Source: Auanema rhodensis
Lineage: Eukaryota > Animalia > Nematoda
Direction: 5' to 3'
NCBI GenBank assembly: GCA_964057225.1
Contig: OZ059895.1
Coordinates: forward strand, 4,898,001 to 4,962,000
Length of the DNA: 64,000 bases
Within the stretch, counting starts at the first letter, position 1. Every line of letters begins with the position of its first letter. Position numbers and translations under genes: made by a program. Shown here piece by piece: positions 30,901 through 45,900 of this stretch. Below the pieces are notes generated by a model. That model was not told the origin of the DNA and did not search any database. It saw nothing but the letters and a program-made list of their open reading frames with translations.

Positions 30901-33900
30901 TTTCAAGCTAGCGCAAATCTGATAACACAGATCGACGCAGCTTAAAAATCCGCATCGAATGCACTATACTTCATTGAAAAACGCTTAATACAAAAATTAG
31001 TTATGATCGTTTGAAAAATGATGCATTAGTGTATGTTGAGTTTCCATGTACACTCAACATTGCTTCCAAAAACATTTTGACAAAAATTTTTTCGAAAAAT
31101 TTCAAAATAATTTAGCAAAAAGTAGATGTTTTTAGATTCTTTTTTTCAAGGCAAAGACGATGGACAATGTTATTCAACGAAAAAATTAATTCTTCAGGGT
31201 GAAAATCGAGGTTATAAGTGTGAACTTATATCAGTTGATATCTCGGTGCATTTTCAAGCTAGCGCAAATCTGATAACACAGATCGACGCAGCTTAAAAAT
31301 CCGCATCGAATGCACTATACTTCTTTGAGAAACGCTTAATACAAAAATTAGTTATGATCGTTTGAAAAATGATGCATTAGTGTATGTTGAGTTTCCATGT
31401 ACACTCAACATTGCTTCCAAAAACATTTTGACAAAAATTTTTTCGAAAAATTTAGAAATAATTTAGCAAAAAGTAGATGTTTTTAGATTCTTTTTTTCAA
31501 GGCAAAGACGATGGACAATGTTATTCAACGAAAAAATTAATTCTTCAGGGTGAAAATCGAGGTTATAAGTGTGAACTTATATCAGTTGATATCTCGGTGC
31601 ATTTTCAAGCTAGCGCAAATCTGATAACACAGATCGACGCAGCTTAAAAATCCGCATCGAATGCACTATACTTCTTTGAGAAACGCTTAATACAAAAATT
31701 AGTTATGATCGTTTGAAAAATGATGCATTAGTGTATGTTGAGTTTCCATGTACACTCAACATTGCTTCCAAAAACATTTTGACAAAAATTTTTTCGAAAA
31801 ATTTAGAAATAATTTAGCAAAAAGTAGATGTTTTTAGATTCTTTTTTTCAAGGCAAAGACGATGGACAATGTTATTCAACGAAAAAATTAATTCTTCAGG
31901 GTGAAAATCGAGGTTATAAGTGTGAACTTATATCAGTTGATATCTCGGTGCATTTTCAAGCTAGCGCAAATCTGATAACACAGATCGACGCAGCTTAAAA
32001 CTCCGCATCGAATGCACTATACGTCATTGAAAAACGCTTAATACAAAAATTAGTTATGATCGTTTGAAAAATGATGCATTAGTGTATGTTGAGTTTCCAT
32101 GTACACTCAACATTGCTTCCAAAAACATTTTGACAAAAATTTTTTCGAAAAATTTCAAAATAATTTAGCAAAAAGTAGATGTTTTTAGATTCTTTTTTTC
32201 AAGGCAAAGACGATGGACAATGTTATTCAACGAAAAAATTAATTCTTCAGGGTGAAAATCGAGGTTATAAGTGTGAACTTATATCAGTTGATATCTCGGT
32301 GCATTTTCAAGCTAGCGCAAATCTGATAACACAGATCGACGCAGCTTAAAAATCCGCATCGAATGCACTATACTTCTTTGAGAAACGCTTAATACAAAAA
32401 TTAGTTATGATCGTTTGAAAAATGATGCATTAGTGTATGTTGAGTTTCCATGTACACTCAACATTGCTTCCAAAAACATTTTGACAAAAATTTTTTCGAA
32501 AAATTTAGAAATAATTTAGCAAAAAGTAGATGTTTTTAGATTCTTTTTTTCAAGGCAAAGACGATGGACAATGTTATTCAACGAAAAAATTAATTCTTCA
32601 GGGTGAAAATCGAGGTTATAAGTGTGAACTTATATCAGTTGATATCTCGGTGCATTTTCAAGCTAGCGCAAATCTGATAACACAGATCGACGCAGCTTAA
32701 AACTCCGCATCGAATGCACTATACGTCATTGAAAAACGCTTAATACAAAAATTAGTTATGATCGTTTGAAAAATGATGCATTAGTGTATGTTGAGTTTCC
32801 ATGTACACTCAACATTGCTTCCAAAAACATTTTGACAAAAATTTTTTCGAAAAATTTCAAAATAATTTAGCAAAAAGTAGATGTTTTTAGATTCTTTTTT
32901 TCAAGGCAAAGACGATGGACAATGTTATTCAACGAAAAAATTAATTCTTCAGGGTGAAAATCGAGGTTATAAGTGTGAACTTATATCAGTTGATATCTCG
33001 GTGCATTTTCAAGCTAGCGCAAATCTGATAACACAGATCGACGCAGCTTAAAAATCCGCATCGAATGCACTATACTTCTTTGAGAAACGCTTAATACAAA
33101 AATTAGTTATGATCGTTTGAAAAATGATGCATTAGTGTATGTTGAGTTTCCATGTACACTCAACATTGCTTCCAAAAACATTTTGACAAAAATTTTTTCG
33201 AAAAATTTAGAAATAATTTAGCAAAAAGTAGATGTTTTTAGATTCTTTTTTTCAAGGCAAAGACGATGGACAATGTTATTCAACGAAAAAATTAATTCTT
33301 CAGGGTGAAAATCGAGGTTATAAGTGTGAACTTATATCAGTTGATATCTCGGTGCATTTTCAAGCTAGCGCAAATCTGATAACACAGATCGACGCAGCTT
33401 AAAACTCCGCATCGAATGCACTATACGTCATTGAAAAACGCTTAATACAAAAATTAGTTATGATCGTTTGAAAAATGATGCATTAGTGTATGTTGAGTTT
33501 CCATGTACACTCAACATTGCTTCCAAAAACATTTTGACAAAAATTTTTTCGAAAAATTTCAAAATAATTTAGCAAAAAGTAGATGTTTTTAGATTCTTTT
33601 TTTCAAGGCAAAGACGATGGACAATGTTATTCAACGAAAAAATTAATTCTTCAGGGTGAAAATCGAGGATATAAGTGTGAACATATATCAGTTGATATCT
33701 CGGTGCATTTTCAAGCTAGCGCAAATCTGATAACACAGATCGACGCAGCTTAAAAATCCGCATCGAATGCACTATACTTCATTGAGAAACGCTTAATACA
33801 AAAATTAGTTATGATCGTTTGAAAAATGATGCATTAGTGTATGTTGAGTTTCCATGTACACTCAACATTGCTTCCAAAAACATTTTGACAAAAATGTTTT

Positions 33901-36900
33901 CGAAAAATTTCAAAATAATTTAGCAAAAAGTAGATGTTTTTAGATTTCTTTTTTCAAGGCAAAGACGATGGACAATGTTATTCAACGAAAAAATTAATTC
34001 TTCAGGGTGAAAATCGAGGATATAAGTGTGAACATATATCAGTTGATATCTCGGTGCATTTTCAAGCTAGCGCAAATCTGATAACACAGATCGACGCAGC
34101 TTAAAAATCCGCATCGAATGCACTATACTTCATTGAGAAACGCTTAATACAAAAATTAGTTATGATCGTTTGAAAAATGATGCATTAGTGTATGTTGAGT
34201 TTCCATGTACACTCAACATTGCTTCCAAAAACATTTTGACAAAAATTTTTTCGAAAAATTTAAAAATAATTTAGCAAAAAGTAGATGTTTTTAGATTCTT
34301 TTTTTCAAGGCAAAGACGATGGACAATGTTATTCAACGAAAAAATTAATTCTTCAGGGTGAAAATCGAGGATATAAGTGTGAACATATATCAGTTTATAT
34401 CTCGGTGCATTTTCAAGCTAGCGCAAATCTGATAACACAGATCGACGCAGCTTAAAAATCCGCATCGAATGCACTATACTTCATTGAAAAACGCTTAATA
34501 CAAAAATTAGTTATGATCGTTTGAAAAATGATGCATTAGTGTATGTTGAGTTTCCATGTACACTCAACATTGCTTCCAAAAACATTTTGACAAAAATTTT
34601 TTCGAAAAATTTCAAAATAATTTAGCAAAAAGTAGATGTTTTTAGATTATTTTTTTCAAGGCAAAGACGATGGACAATGTTATTCAACGAAAAAATTAAT
34701 TCTTCAGGGTGAAAATCGAGGATATAAGTGTGAACATATATCAGTTGATATCTCGGTGCATTTTCAAGCTAGCGCAAATCTGATAACACAGATCGACGCA
34801 GCTTAAAAATCCGCATCGAATGCACTATACTTCATTGAGAAACGCTTAATACAAAAATTAGTTATGATCGTTTGAAAAATGATGCATTAGTGTATGTTGA
34901 GTTTCCATGTACACTCAACATTGCTTCCAAAAACATTTTGACAAAAATTTTTTCGAAAAATTTCAAAATAATTTAGCAAAAAGTAGATGTTTTTAGATTC
35001 TTTTTTTCAAGGCAAAGACGATGGACAATGTTATTCAACGAAAAAATTAATTCTTCAGGGTGAAAATCGAGGATATAAGTGTGAACTTATATCAGTTTAT
35101 ATCTCGGTGCATTTTCAAGCTAGCGCAAATCTGATAACACAGATCGACGCAGCTTAAAAATCCGCATCGAATGCACTATACTTCATTGAAAAACGCTTAA
35201 TACAAAAATTAGTTATGATCGTTTGAAAAATGATGCATTAGTGTATGTTGAGTTTCCATGTACACTCAACATTGCTTCCAAAAACATTTTGACAAAAATT
35301 TTTTCGAAAAATTTCAAAATAATTTAGCAAAAAGTAGATGTTTTTAGATTCTTTTTTTCAAGGCAAAGACGATGGACAATGTTATTCAACGAAAAAATTA
35401 ATTCTTCAGGGTGAAAATCGAGGATATAAGTGTGAACATATATCAGTTGATATCTCGGTGCATTTTCAAGCTAGCGCAAATCTGATAACACAGATCGACG
35501 CAGCTTAAAAATCCGCATCGAATGCACTATACTTCATTGAGAAACGCTTAATACAAAAATTAGTTATGATCGTTTGAAAAATGATGCATTAGTGTATGTT
35601 GAGTTTCCATGTACACTCAACATTGCTTCCAAAAACATTTTGACAAAAATGTTTTCGAAAAATTTCAAAATAATTTAGCAAAAAGTAGATGTTTTTAGAT
35701 TTCTTTTTTCAAGGCAAAGACGATGGACAATGTTATTCAACGAAAAAATTAATTCTTCAGGGTGAAAATCGAGGATATAAGTGTGAACATATATCAGTTG
35801 ATATCTCGGTGCATTTTCAAGCTAGCGCAAATCTGATAACACAGATCGACGCAGCTTAAAAATCCGCATCGAATGCACTATACTACATTGAGAAACGCTT
35901 AATACAAAAATTAGTTATGATCGTTTGAAAAATGATGCATTAGTGTATGTTGAGTTTCCATGTACACTCAACATTGCTTCCAAAAACATTTTGACAAAAA
36001 TGTTTTCGAAAAATTTCAAAATAATTTAGCAAAAAGTAGATGTTTTTAGATTCTTTTTTTCAAGGCAAAGACGATGGACAATGTTATTCAACGAAAAAAT
36101 TAATTCTTCAGGGTGAAAATCGAGGATATAAGTGTGAACATATATCAGTTGATATCTCGGTGCATTTTCAAGCTAGCGCAAATCTGATAACACAGATCGA
36201 CGCAGCTTAAAAATCCGCATCGAATGCACTATACTACATTGAGAAACGCTTAATACAAAAATTAGTTATGATCGTTTGAAAAATGATGCATTAGTGTATG
36301 TTGAGTTTCCATGTACACTCAACATTGCTTCCAAAAACATTTTGACAAAAATGTTTTCGAAAAATTTCAAAATAATTTAGCAAAAAGTAGATGTTTTTAG
36401 ATTCTTTTTTTCAAGGCAAAGACGATGGACAATGTTATTCAACGAAAAAATTAATTCTTCAGGGTGAAAATCGAGGATATAAGTGTGAACATATATCAGT
36501 TGATATCTCGGTGCATTTTCAAGCTAGCGCAAATCTGATAACACAGATCGACGCAGCTTAAAAATCCGCATCGAATGCACTATACTTCATTGAGAAACGC
36601 TTAATACAAAAATTAGTTATGATCGTTTGAAAAATGATGCATTAGTGTATGTTGAGTTTCCATGTACACTCAACATTGCTTCCAAAAACATTTTGACAAA
36701 AATTTTTTCGAAAAATTTCAAAATAATTTAGCAAAAAGTAGATGTTTTTAGATTCCTTTTCTCAAGGCAAAGACGATGGACAATGTTATTCAACGAAAAA
36801 ATTAATTCTTCAGGGTGAAAATCGAGGATATAAGTGTGAACATATATCAGTTGATATCTCGGTGCATTTTCAAGCTAGCGCAAATCTGATAACACAGATC

Positions 36901-39900
36901 GACGCAGCTTAAAAATCCGCATCGAATGCACTATACTTCATTGAGAAACGCTTAATACAAAAATTAGTTATGATCGTTTGAAAAATGATGCATTAGTGTA
37001 TGTTGAGTTTCCATGTACACTCAACATTGCTTCCAAAAACATTTTGACAAAAATGTTTTCGAAAAATTTCAAAATAATTTAGCAAAAAGTAGATGTTTTT
37101 AGATTTCTTTTTTCAAGGCAAAGACGATGGACAATGTTATTCAACGAAAAAATTAATTCTTCAGGGTGAAAATCGAGGATATAAGTGTGAACATATATCA
37201 GTTGATATCTCGGTGCATTTTCAAGCTAGCGCAAATCTGATAACACAGATCGACGCAGCTTAAAAATCCGCATCGAATGCACTATACTACATTGAGAAAC
37301 GCTTAATACAAAAATTAGTTATGATCGTTTGAAAAATGATGCATTAGTGTATGTTGAGTTTCCATGTACACTCAACATTGCTTCCAAAAACATTTTGACA
37401 AAAATTTTTTCGAAAAATTTCAAAATAATTTAGCAAAAAGTAGATGTTTTTAGATTCCTTTTCTCAAGGCAAAGACGATGGACAATGTTATTCAACGAAA
37501 AAATTAATTCTTCAGGGTGAAAATCGAGGATATAAGTGTGAACTTATATCAGTTGATATCTCGGTGCATTTTCAAGCTAGCGCAAATCTGATAACACAGA
37601 TCGACGCAGCTTAAAAATCCGCATCGAATGCACTATACTACATTGAAAAACGCTTAATACAAAAATTAGTTATGATCGTTCGAAAAATGATGCATTAGTG
37701 TATGTTGAGTTTCCATGTACACTCAACATTGCTTCCAAAAACATTTTGACAAAAATTTTTTCGAAAAATTTCAAAATAATTTAGCAAAAAGTAGATGTTT
37801 TTAGATTCCTTTTCTCAAGGCAAAGACGATGGACAATGTTATTCAACGAAAAAATTAATTCTTCAGGGTGAAAATCGAGGATATAAGTGTGAACTTATAT
37901 CAGTTGATATCTCGGTGCATTTTCAAGCTAGCGCAAATCTGATAACACAGATCGACGCAGCTTAAAAATCCGCATCGAATGCACTATACTTCATTGAGAA
38001 ACGCTTAATACAAAAATTAGTTATGATCGTTTGAAAAATGATGCATTAGTGTATGTTGAGTTTCCATGTACACTCAACATTGCTTCCAAAAACATTTTGA
38101 CAAAAATGTTTTCGAAAAATTTCAAAATAATTTAGCAAAAAGTAGATGTTTTTAGATTTCTTTTTTTAAGGCAAAGACGATGGACAATGTTATTCAACGA
38201 AAAAATTAATTCTTCAGGGTGAAAATCGAGGATATAAGTGTGAACATATATCAGTTGATATCTCGGTGCATTTTCAAGCTAGCGCAAATCTGATAACACA
38301 GATCGACGCAGCTTAAAAATCCGCATCGAATGCACTATACTACATTGAGAAACGCTTAATACAAAAATTAGTTATGATCGTTTGAAAAATGATGCATTAG
38401 TGTATGTTGAGTTTCCATGTACACTCAACATTGCTTCCAAAAACATTTTGACAAAAATTTTTTCGAAAAATTTCAAAATAATTTAGCAAAAAGTAGATGT
38501 TTTTAGATTTCTTTTTTTAAGGCAAAGACGATGGACAATGTTATTCAACGAAAAAATTAATTCTTCAGGGTGAAAATCGAGGATATAAGTGTGAACATAT
38601 ATCAGTTGATATCTCGGTGCATTTTCAAGCTAGCGCAAATCTGATAACACAGATCGACGCAGCTTAAAAATCCGCATCGAATGCACTATACTACATTGAA
38701 AAACGCTTAATACAAAAATTAGTTATGATCGTTCGAAAAATGATGCATTAGTGTATGTTGAGTTTCCATGTACACTCAACATTGCTTCCAAAAACATTTT
38801 GACAAAAATTTTTTCGAAAAATTTCAAAATAATTTAGCAAAAAGTAGATGTTTTTAGATTTCTTTTTTCAAGGCAAAGACGATGGACAATGTTATTCAAC
38901 GAAAAAATTAATTCTTCAGGGTGAAAATCGAGGATATAAGTGTGAACATATATCAGTTGATATCTCGGTGCATTTTCAAGCTAGCGCAAATCTGATAACA
39001 CAGATCGACGCAGCTTAAAAATCCGCATCGAATGCACTATACTACATTGAAAAACGCTTAATACAAAAATTAGTTATGATCGTTCGAAAAATGATGCATT
39101 AGTGTATGTTGAGTTTCCATGTACACTCAACATTGCTTCCAAAAACATTTTGACAAAAATGTTTTCGAAAAATTTCAAAATAATTTAGCAAAAAGTAGAT
39201 GTTTTTAGATTTCTTTTTTCAAGGCAAAGACGATGGACAATGTTATTCAACGAAAAAATTAATTCTTCAGGGTGAAAATCGAGGATATAAGTGTGAACAT
39301 ATATCAGTTGATATCTCGGTGCATTTTCAAGCTAGCGCAAATCTGATAACACAGATCGACGCAGCTCAAAAATCCGCATCGAATGCACTATACTTCATTG
39401 AGAAACGCTTAATACAAAAATTAGTTATGATCGTTTGAAAAATGATGCATTAGTGTATGTTGAGTTTCCATGTACACTCAACATTGCTTCCAAAAACATT
39501 TTGACAAAAATTTTTTCGAAAAATTTCAAAATAATTTAGCAAAAAGTAGATGTTTTTAGATTCCTTTTCTCAAGGCAAAGACGATGGACAATGTTATTCA
39601 ACGAAAAAATTAATTCTTCAGGGTGAAAATCGAGGATATAAGTGTGAACTTATATCAGTTGATATCTCGGTGCATTTTCAAGCTAGCGCAAATCTGATAA
39701 CACAGATCGACGCAGCTTAAAAATCCGCATCGAATGCACTATACTACATTGAAAAACGCTTAATACAAAAATTAGTTATGATCGTTCGAAAAATGATGCA
39801 TTAGTGTATGTTGAGTTTCCATGTACACTCAACATTGCTTCCAAAAACATTTTGACAAAAATTTTTTCGAAAAATTTCAAAATAATTTAGCAAAAAGTAG

Positions 39901-42900
39901 ATGTTTTTAGATTCCTTTTCTCAAGGCAAAGACGATGGACAATGTTATTCAACGAAAAAATTAATTCTTCAGGGTGAAAATCGAGGATATAAGTGTGAAC
40001 TTATATCAGTTGATATCTCGGTGCATTTTCAAGCTAGCGCAAATCTGATAACACAGATCGACGCAGCTTAAAAATCCGCATTTAATGCACTATACTACAT
40101 TGAAAAACGCTTAATACAAAAATTAGTTATGATCGTTCGAAAAATGATGCATTAGTGTATGTTGAGTTTCCATGTACACTCAACATTGCTTCCAAAAACA
40201 TTTTGACAAAAATTTTTTCGAAAAATTTCAAAATAATTTAGCAAAAAGTAGATGTTTTTAGATTCTTTTTTTCAAGGCAAAGACGATGGACAATGTTATT
40301 CAACGAAAAAATTAATTCTTCAGGGTGAAAATCGAGGATATAAGTGTGAACTTATATCAGTTGATATCTCGGTGCATTTTTAAGCTAGCGCAAATCTGAT
40401 AACACAGATCGACGCAGCTTAAAAATCCGCATCGAATGCACTATACTACATTGAAAAACGCTTAATACAAAAATTAGTTATGATCGTTTGAAAAATGATG
40501 CATTAGTGTATGTTGAGTTTCCATGTACACTCAACATTGCTTCCAAAAACATTTTGACAAAAATTTTTTCGAAAAATTTCAAAATAATTTAGCAAAAAGT
40601 AGATGTTTTTAGATTCTTTTTTTCAAGGCAAAGACGATGGACAATGTTATTCAACGAAAAAATTAATTCTTCAGGGTGAAAATCGAGGATATAAGTGTGA
40701 ACTTATATCAGTTGATATCTCGGTGCATTTTCAAGCTAGCGCAAATCTGATAACACAGATCGACGCAGCTTAAAAATCCGCATCGAATGCACTATACTTC
40801 ATTGAGAAACGCTTAATACAAAAATTAGTTATGATCGTTTGAAAAATGATGCATTAGTGTATGTTGAGTTTCCATGTACACTCAACATTGCTTCCAAAAA
40901 CATTTTGACAAAAATTTTTTCGAAAAATTTCAAAATAATTTAGCAAAAAGTAGATGTTTTTAGATTCTTTTTTTCAAGGCAAAGACGATGGACAATGTTA
41001 TTCAACGAAAAAATTAATTCTTCAGGGTGAAAATCGAGGATATAAGTGTGAACTTATATCAGTTGATATCTCGGTGCATTTTCAAGCTAGCGCAAATCTG
41101 ATAACACAGATCGACGCAGCTTAAAAATCCGCATTTAATGCACTATACTACATTGAAAAACGCTTAATACAAAAACTAGTTATGATCGTTCGAAAAATGA
41201 TGCATTAGTGTATGTTGAGTTTCCATGTACACTCAACATTGCTTCCAAAAACATTTTGACAAAAATTTTTTCGAAAAATTTCAAAATAATTTAGCAAAAA
41301 GTAGATGTTTTTAGATTCTTTTTTTCAAGGCAAAGACGATGGACAATGTTATTCAACGAAAAAATTAATTCTTCAGGGTGAAAATCGAGGATATAAGTGT
41401 GAACTTATATCAGTTGATATCTCGGTGCATTTTTAAGCTAGCGCAAATCTGATAACACAGATCGACGCAGCTTAAAAATCCGCATCGAATGCACTATACT
41501 ACATTGAAAAACGCTTAATACAAAAATTAGTTATGATCGTTTGAAAAATGATGCATTAGTGTATGTTGAGTTTCCATGTACACTCAACATTGCTTCCAAA
41601 AACATTTTGACAAAAATTTTTTCGAAAAATTTCAAAATAATTTAGCAAAAAGTAGATGTTTTTAGATTCTTTTTTTCAAGGCAAAGACGATGGACAATGT
41701 TATTCAACGAAAAAATTAATTCTTCAGGGTGAAAATCGAGGATATAAGTGTGAACATATATCAGTTGATATCTCGGTGCATTTTCAAGCTAGCGCAAATC
41801 TGATAACACAGATCGACGCAGCTTAAAAATCCGCATCGAATGCACTATACTTCATTGAGAAACGCTTAATACAAAAATTAGTTATGATCGTTTGAAAAAT
41901 GATGCATTAGTGTATGTTGAGTTTCCATGTACACTCAACATTGCTTCCAAAAACATTTTGACAAAAATTTTTTCGAAAAATTTCAAAATAATTTAGCAAA
42001 AAGTAGATGTTTTTAGATTCTTTTTTTCAAGGCAAAGACGATGGACAATGTTATTCAACGAAAAAATTAATTCTTCAGGGTGAAAATCGAGGATATAAGT
42101 GTGAACTTATATCAGTTGATATCTCGGTGCATTTTTAAGCTAGCGCAAATCTGATAACACAGATCGACGCAGCTTAAAAATCCGCATCGAATGCACTATA
42201 CTACATTGAGAAACGCTTAATACAAAAATTAGTTATGATCGTTCGAAAAATGATGCATTAGTGTATGTTGAGTTTCCATGTACACTCAACATTGCTTCCA
42301 AAAACATTTTGACAAAAATTTTTTCGAAAAATTTCAAAATAATTTAGCAAAAAGTAGATGTTTTTAGATTCTTTTTTTCAAGGCAAAGACGATGGACAAT
42401 GTTATTCAACGAAAAAATTAATTCTTCAGGGTGAAAATCGAGGATATAAGTGTGAACTTATATCAGTTGATATCTCGGTGCATTTTTAAGCTAGCGCAAA
42501 TCTGATAACACAGATCGACGCAGCTTAAAAATCCGCATCGAATGCACTATACTACATTGAGAAACGCTTAATACAAAAATTAGTTATGATCGTTTGAAAA
42601 ATGATGCATTAGTGTATGTTGAGTTTCCATGTACACTCAACATTGCTTCCAAAAACATTTTGACAAAAATTTTTTCGAAAAATTTCAAAATAATTTAGCA
42701 AAAAGTAGATGTTTTTAGATTCTTTTTTTCAAGGCAAAGACGATGGACAATGTTATTCAACGAAAAAATTAATTCTTCAGGGTGAAAATCGAGGATATAA
42801 GTGTGAACTTATATCAGTTGATATCTCGGTGCATTTTTAAGCTAGCGCAAATCTGATAACACAGATCGACGCAGCTTAAAAATCCGCATCGAATGCACTA

Positions 42901-45900
42901 TACTACATTGAGAAACGCTTAATACAAAAATTAGTTATGATCGTTCGAAAAATGATGCATTAGTGTATGTTGAGTTTCCATGTACACTCAACATTGCTTC
43001 CAAAAACATTTTGACAAAAATTTTTTCGAAAAATTTCAAAATAATTTAGCAAAAAGTAGATGTTTTTAGATTCCTTTTCTCAAGGCAAAGACGATGGACA
43101 ATGTTATTCAACGAAAAAATTAATTCTTCAGGGTGAAAATCGAGGATATAAGTGTGAACTTATATCAGTTGATATCTCGGTGCATTTTCAAGCTAGCGCA
43201 AATCTGATAACACAGATCGACGCAGCTTAAAAATCCGCATTTAATGCACTATACTACATTGAAAAACGCTTAATACAAAAACTAGTTATGATCGTTCGAA
43301 AAATGATGCATTAGTGTATGTTGAGTTTCCATGTACACTCAACATTGCTTCCAAAAACATTTTGACAAAAATTTTTTCGAAAAATTTCAAAATAATTTAG
43401 CAAAAAGTAGATGTTTTTAGATTCTTTTTTTCAAGGCAAAGACGATGGACAATGTTATTCAACGAAAAAATTAATTCTTCAGGGTGAAAATCGAGGATAT
43501 AAGTGTGAACTTATATCAGTTGATATCTCGGTGCATTTTTAAGCTAGCGCAAATCTGATAACACAGATCGACGCAGCTTAAAAATCCGCATCGAATGCAC
43601 TATACTACATTGAAAAACGCTTAATACAAAAATTAGTTATGATCGTTTGAAAAATGATGCATTAGTGTATGTTGAGTTTCCATGTACACTCAACATTGCT
43701 TCCAAAAACATTTTGACAAAAATTTTTTCGAAAAATTTCAAAATAATTTAGCAAAAAGTAGATGTTTTTAGATTCTTTTTTTCAAGGCAAAGACGATGGA
43801 CAATGTTATTCAACGAAAAAATTAATTCTTCAGGGTGAAAATCGAGGATATAAGTGTGAACATATATCAGTTGATATCTCGGTGCATTTTCAAGCTAGCG
43901 CAAATCTGATAACACAGATCGACGCAGCTTAAAAATCCGCATCGAATGCACTATACTTCATTGAGAAACGCTTAATACAAAAATTAGTTATGATCGTTTG
44001 AAAAATGATGCATTAGTGTATGTTGAGTTTCCATGTACACTCAACATTGCTTCCAAAAACATTTTGACAAAAATTTTTTCGAAAAATTTCAAAATAATTT
44101 AGCAAAAAGTAGATGTTTTTAGATTCTTTTTTTCAAGGCAAAGACGATGGACAATGTTATTCAACGAAAAAATTAATTCTTCAGGGTGAAAATCGAGGAT
44201 ATAAGTGTGAACTTATATCAGTTGATATCTCGGTGCATTTTCAAGCTAGCGCAAATCTGATAACACAGATCGACGCAGCTTAAAAATCCGCATCGAATGC
44301 ACTATACTACATTGAGAAACGCTTAATACAAAAATTAGTTATGATCGTTTGAAAAATGATGCATTAGTGTATGTTGAGTTTCCATGTACACTCAACATTG
44401 CTTCCAAAAACATTTTGACAAAAATTTTTTCGAAAAATTTCAAAATAATTTAGCAAAAAGTAGATGTTTTTAGATTCTTTTTTTCAAGGCAAAGACGATG
44501 GACAATGTTATTCAACGAAAAAATTAATTCTTCAGGGTGAAAATCGAGGATATAAGTGTGAACTTATATCAGTTGATATCTCGGTGCATTTTTAAGCTAG
44601 CGCAAATCTGATAACACAGATCGACGCAGCTTAAAAATCCGCATCGAATGCACTATACTTCATTGAGAAACGCTTAATACAAAAATTAGTTATGATCGTT
44701 TGAAAAATGATGCATTAGTGTATGTTGAGTTTCCATGTACACTCAACATTGCTTCCAAAAATTGACAAAAATTTTTTCGAAAAATTTCAAAATAATTTAG
44801 CAAAAAGTAGATGTTTTTAGATTCTTTTTTTCAAGGCAAAGACGATGGACAATGTTATTCAACGAAAAAATTAATTCTTCAGGGTGAAAATCGAGGTTAT
44901 AAGTGTGAACTTATATCAGTTGATATCTCGGTGCATTTTCAAGCTAGCGCAAATCTGATAACACAGATCGACGCAGCTTAAAAATCCGCATCGAATGCAC
45001 TATACTTCATTGAGAAACGCTTAATACAAAAATTAGTTATGATCGTTTGAAAAATGATGCATTAGTGTATGTTGAGTTTCCATGTACACTCAACATTGCT
45101 TCCAAAAACATTTTGACAAAAATTTTTTCGAAAAATTTCAAAATAATTTAGCAAAAAGTAGATGTTTTTAGATTCCTTTTCTCAAGGCAAAGACGATGGA
45201 CAATGTTATTCAACGAAAAAATTAATTCTTCAGGGTGAAAATCGAGGTTATAAGTGTGAACTTATATCAGTTGATATCTCGGTGCATTTTCAAGCTAGCG
45301 CAAATCTGATAACACAGATCGACGCAGCTTAAAAATCCGCATCGAATGCACTATACTACATTGAGAAACGCTCAATACAAAAATTAGTTATGATCGTTTG
45401 AAAAATGATGCATTAGTGTATGTTGAGTTTCCATGTACACTCAACATTGCTTCCAAAAACATTTTGACAAAAATTTTTTCGAAAAATTTCAGAATAATTT
45501 AGCAAAAAGTAGATGTTTTTAGATTCTTTTTTTCAAGGCAAAGACGATGGACAATGTTTTTCAACGAAAAAATTAATTCTTCAGGGTGAAAATCGAGGAT
45601 ATAAGTGTGAACTTATATCAGTTGATATCTCGGTGCATTTTCAAGCTAGCGCAAATCTGATAACACAGATCGACGCAGCTTAAAAATCCGCATCGAATGC
45701 ACTATACTTCATTGAGAAACGCTTAATACAAAAATTAGTTATGATCGTTTGAAAAATGATGCATTAGTGTATGTTGAGTTTCCATGTACACTCAACATTG
45801 CTTCCAAAAACATTTTGACAAAAATTTTTTCGAAAAATTTCAAAATAATTTAGCAAAAAGTAGATGTTTTTAGATTCCTTTTTTCAAGGCAAAGACGATG

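Noticed and set aside
39199-39438. Satellite-derived ORFs (also 7855-8040)
   Set aside because: They arise from a single TAA>CAA variant or from junction read-through. Other monomers have the stop.
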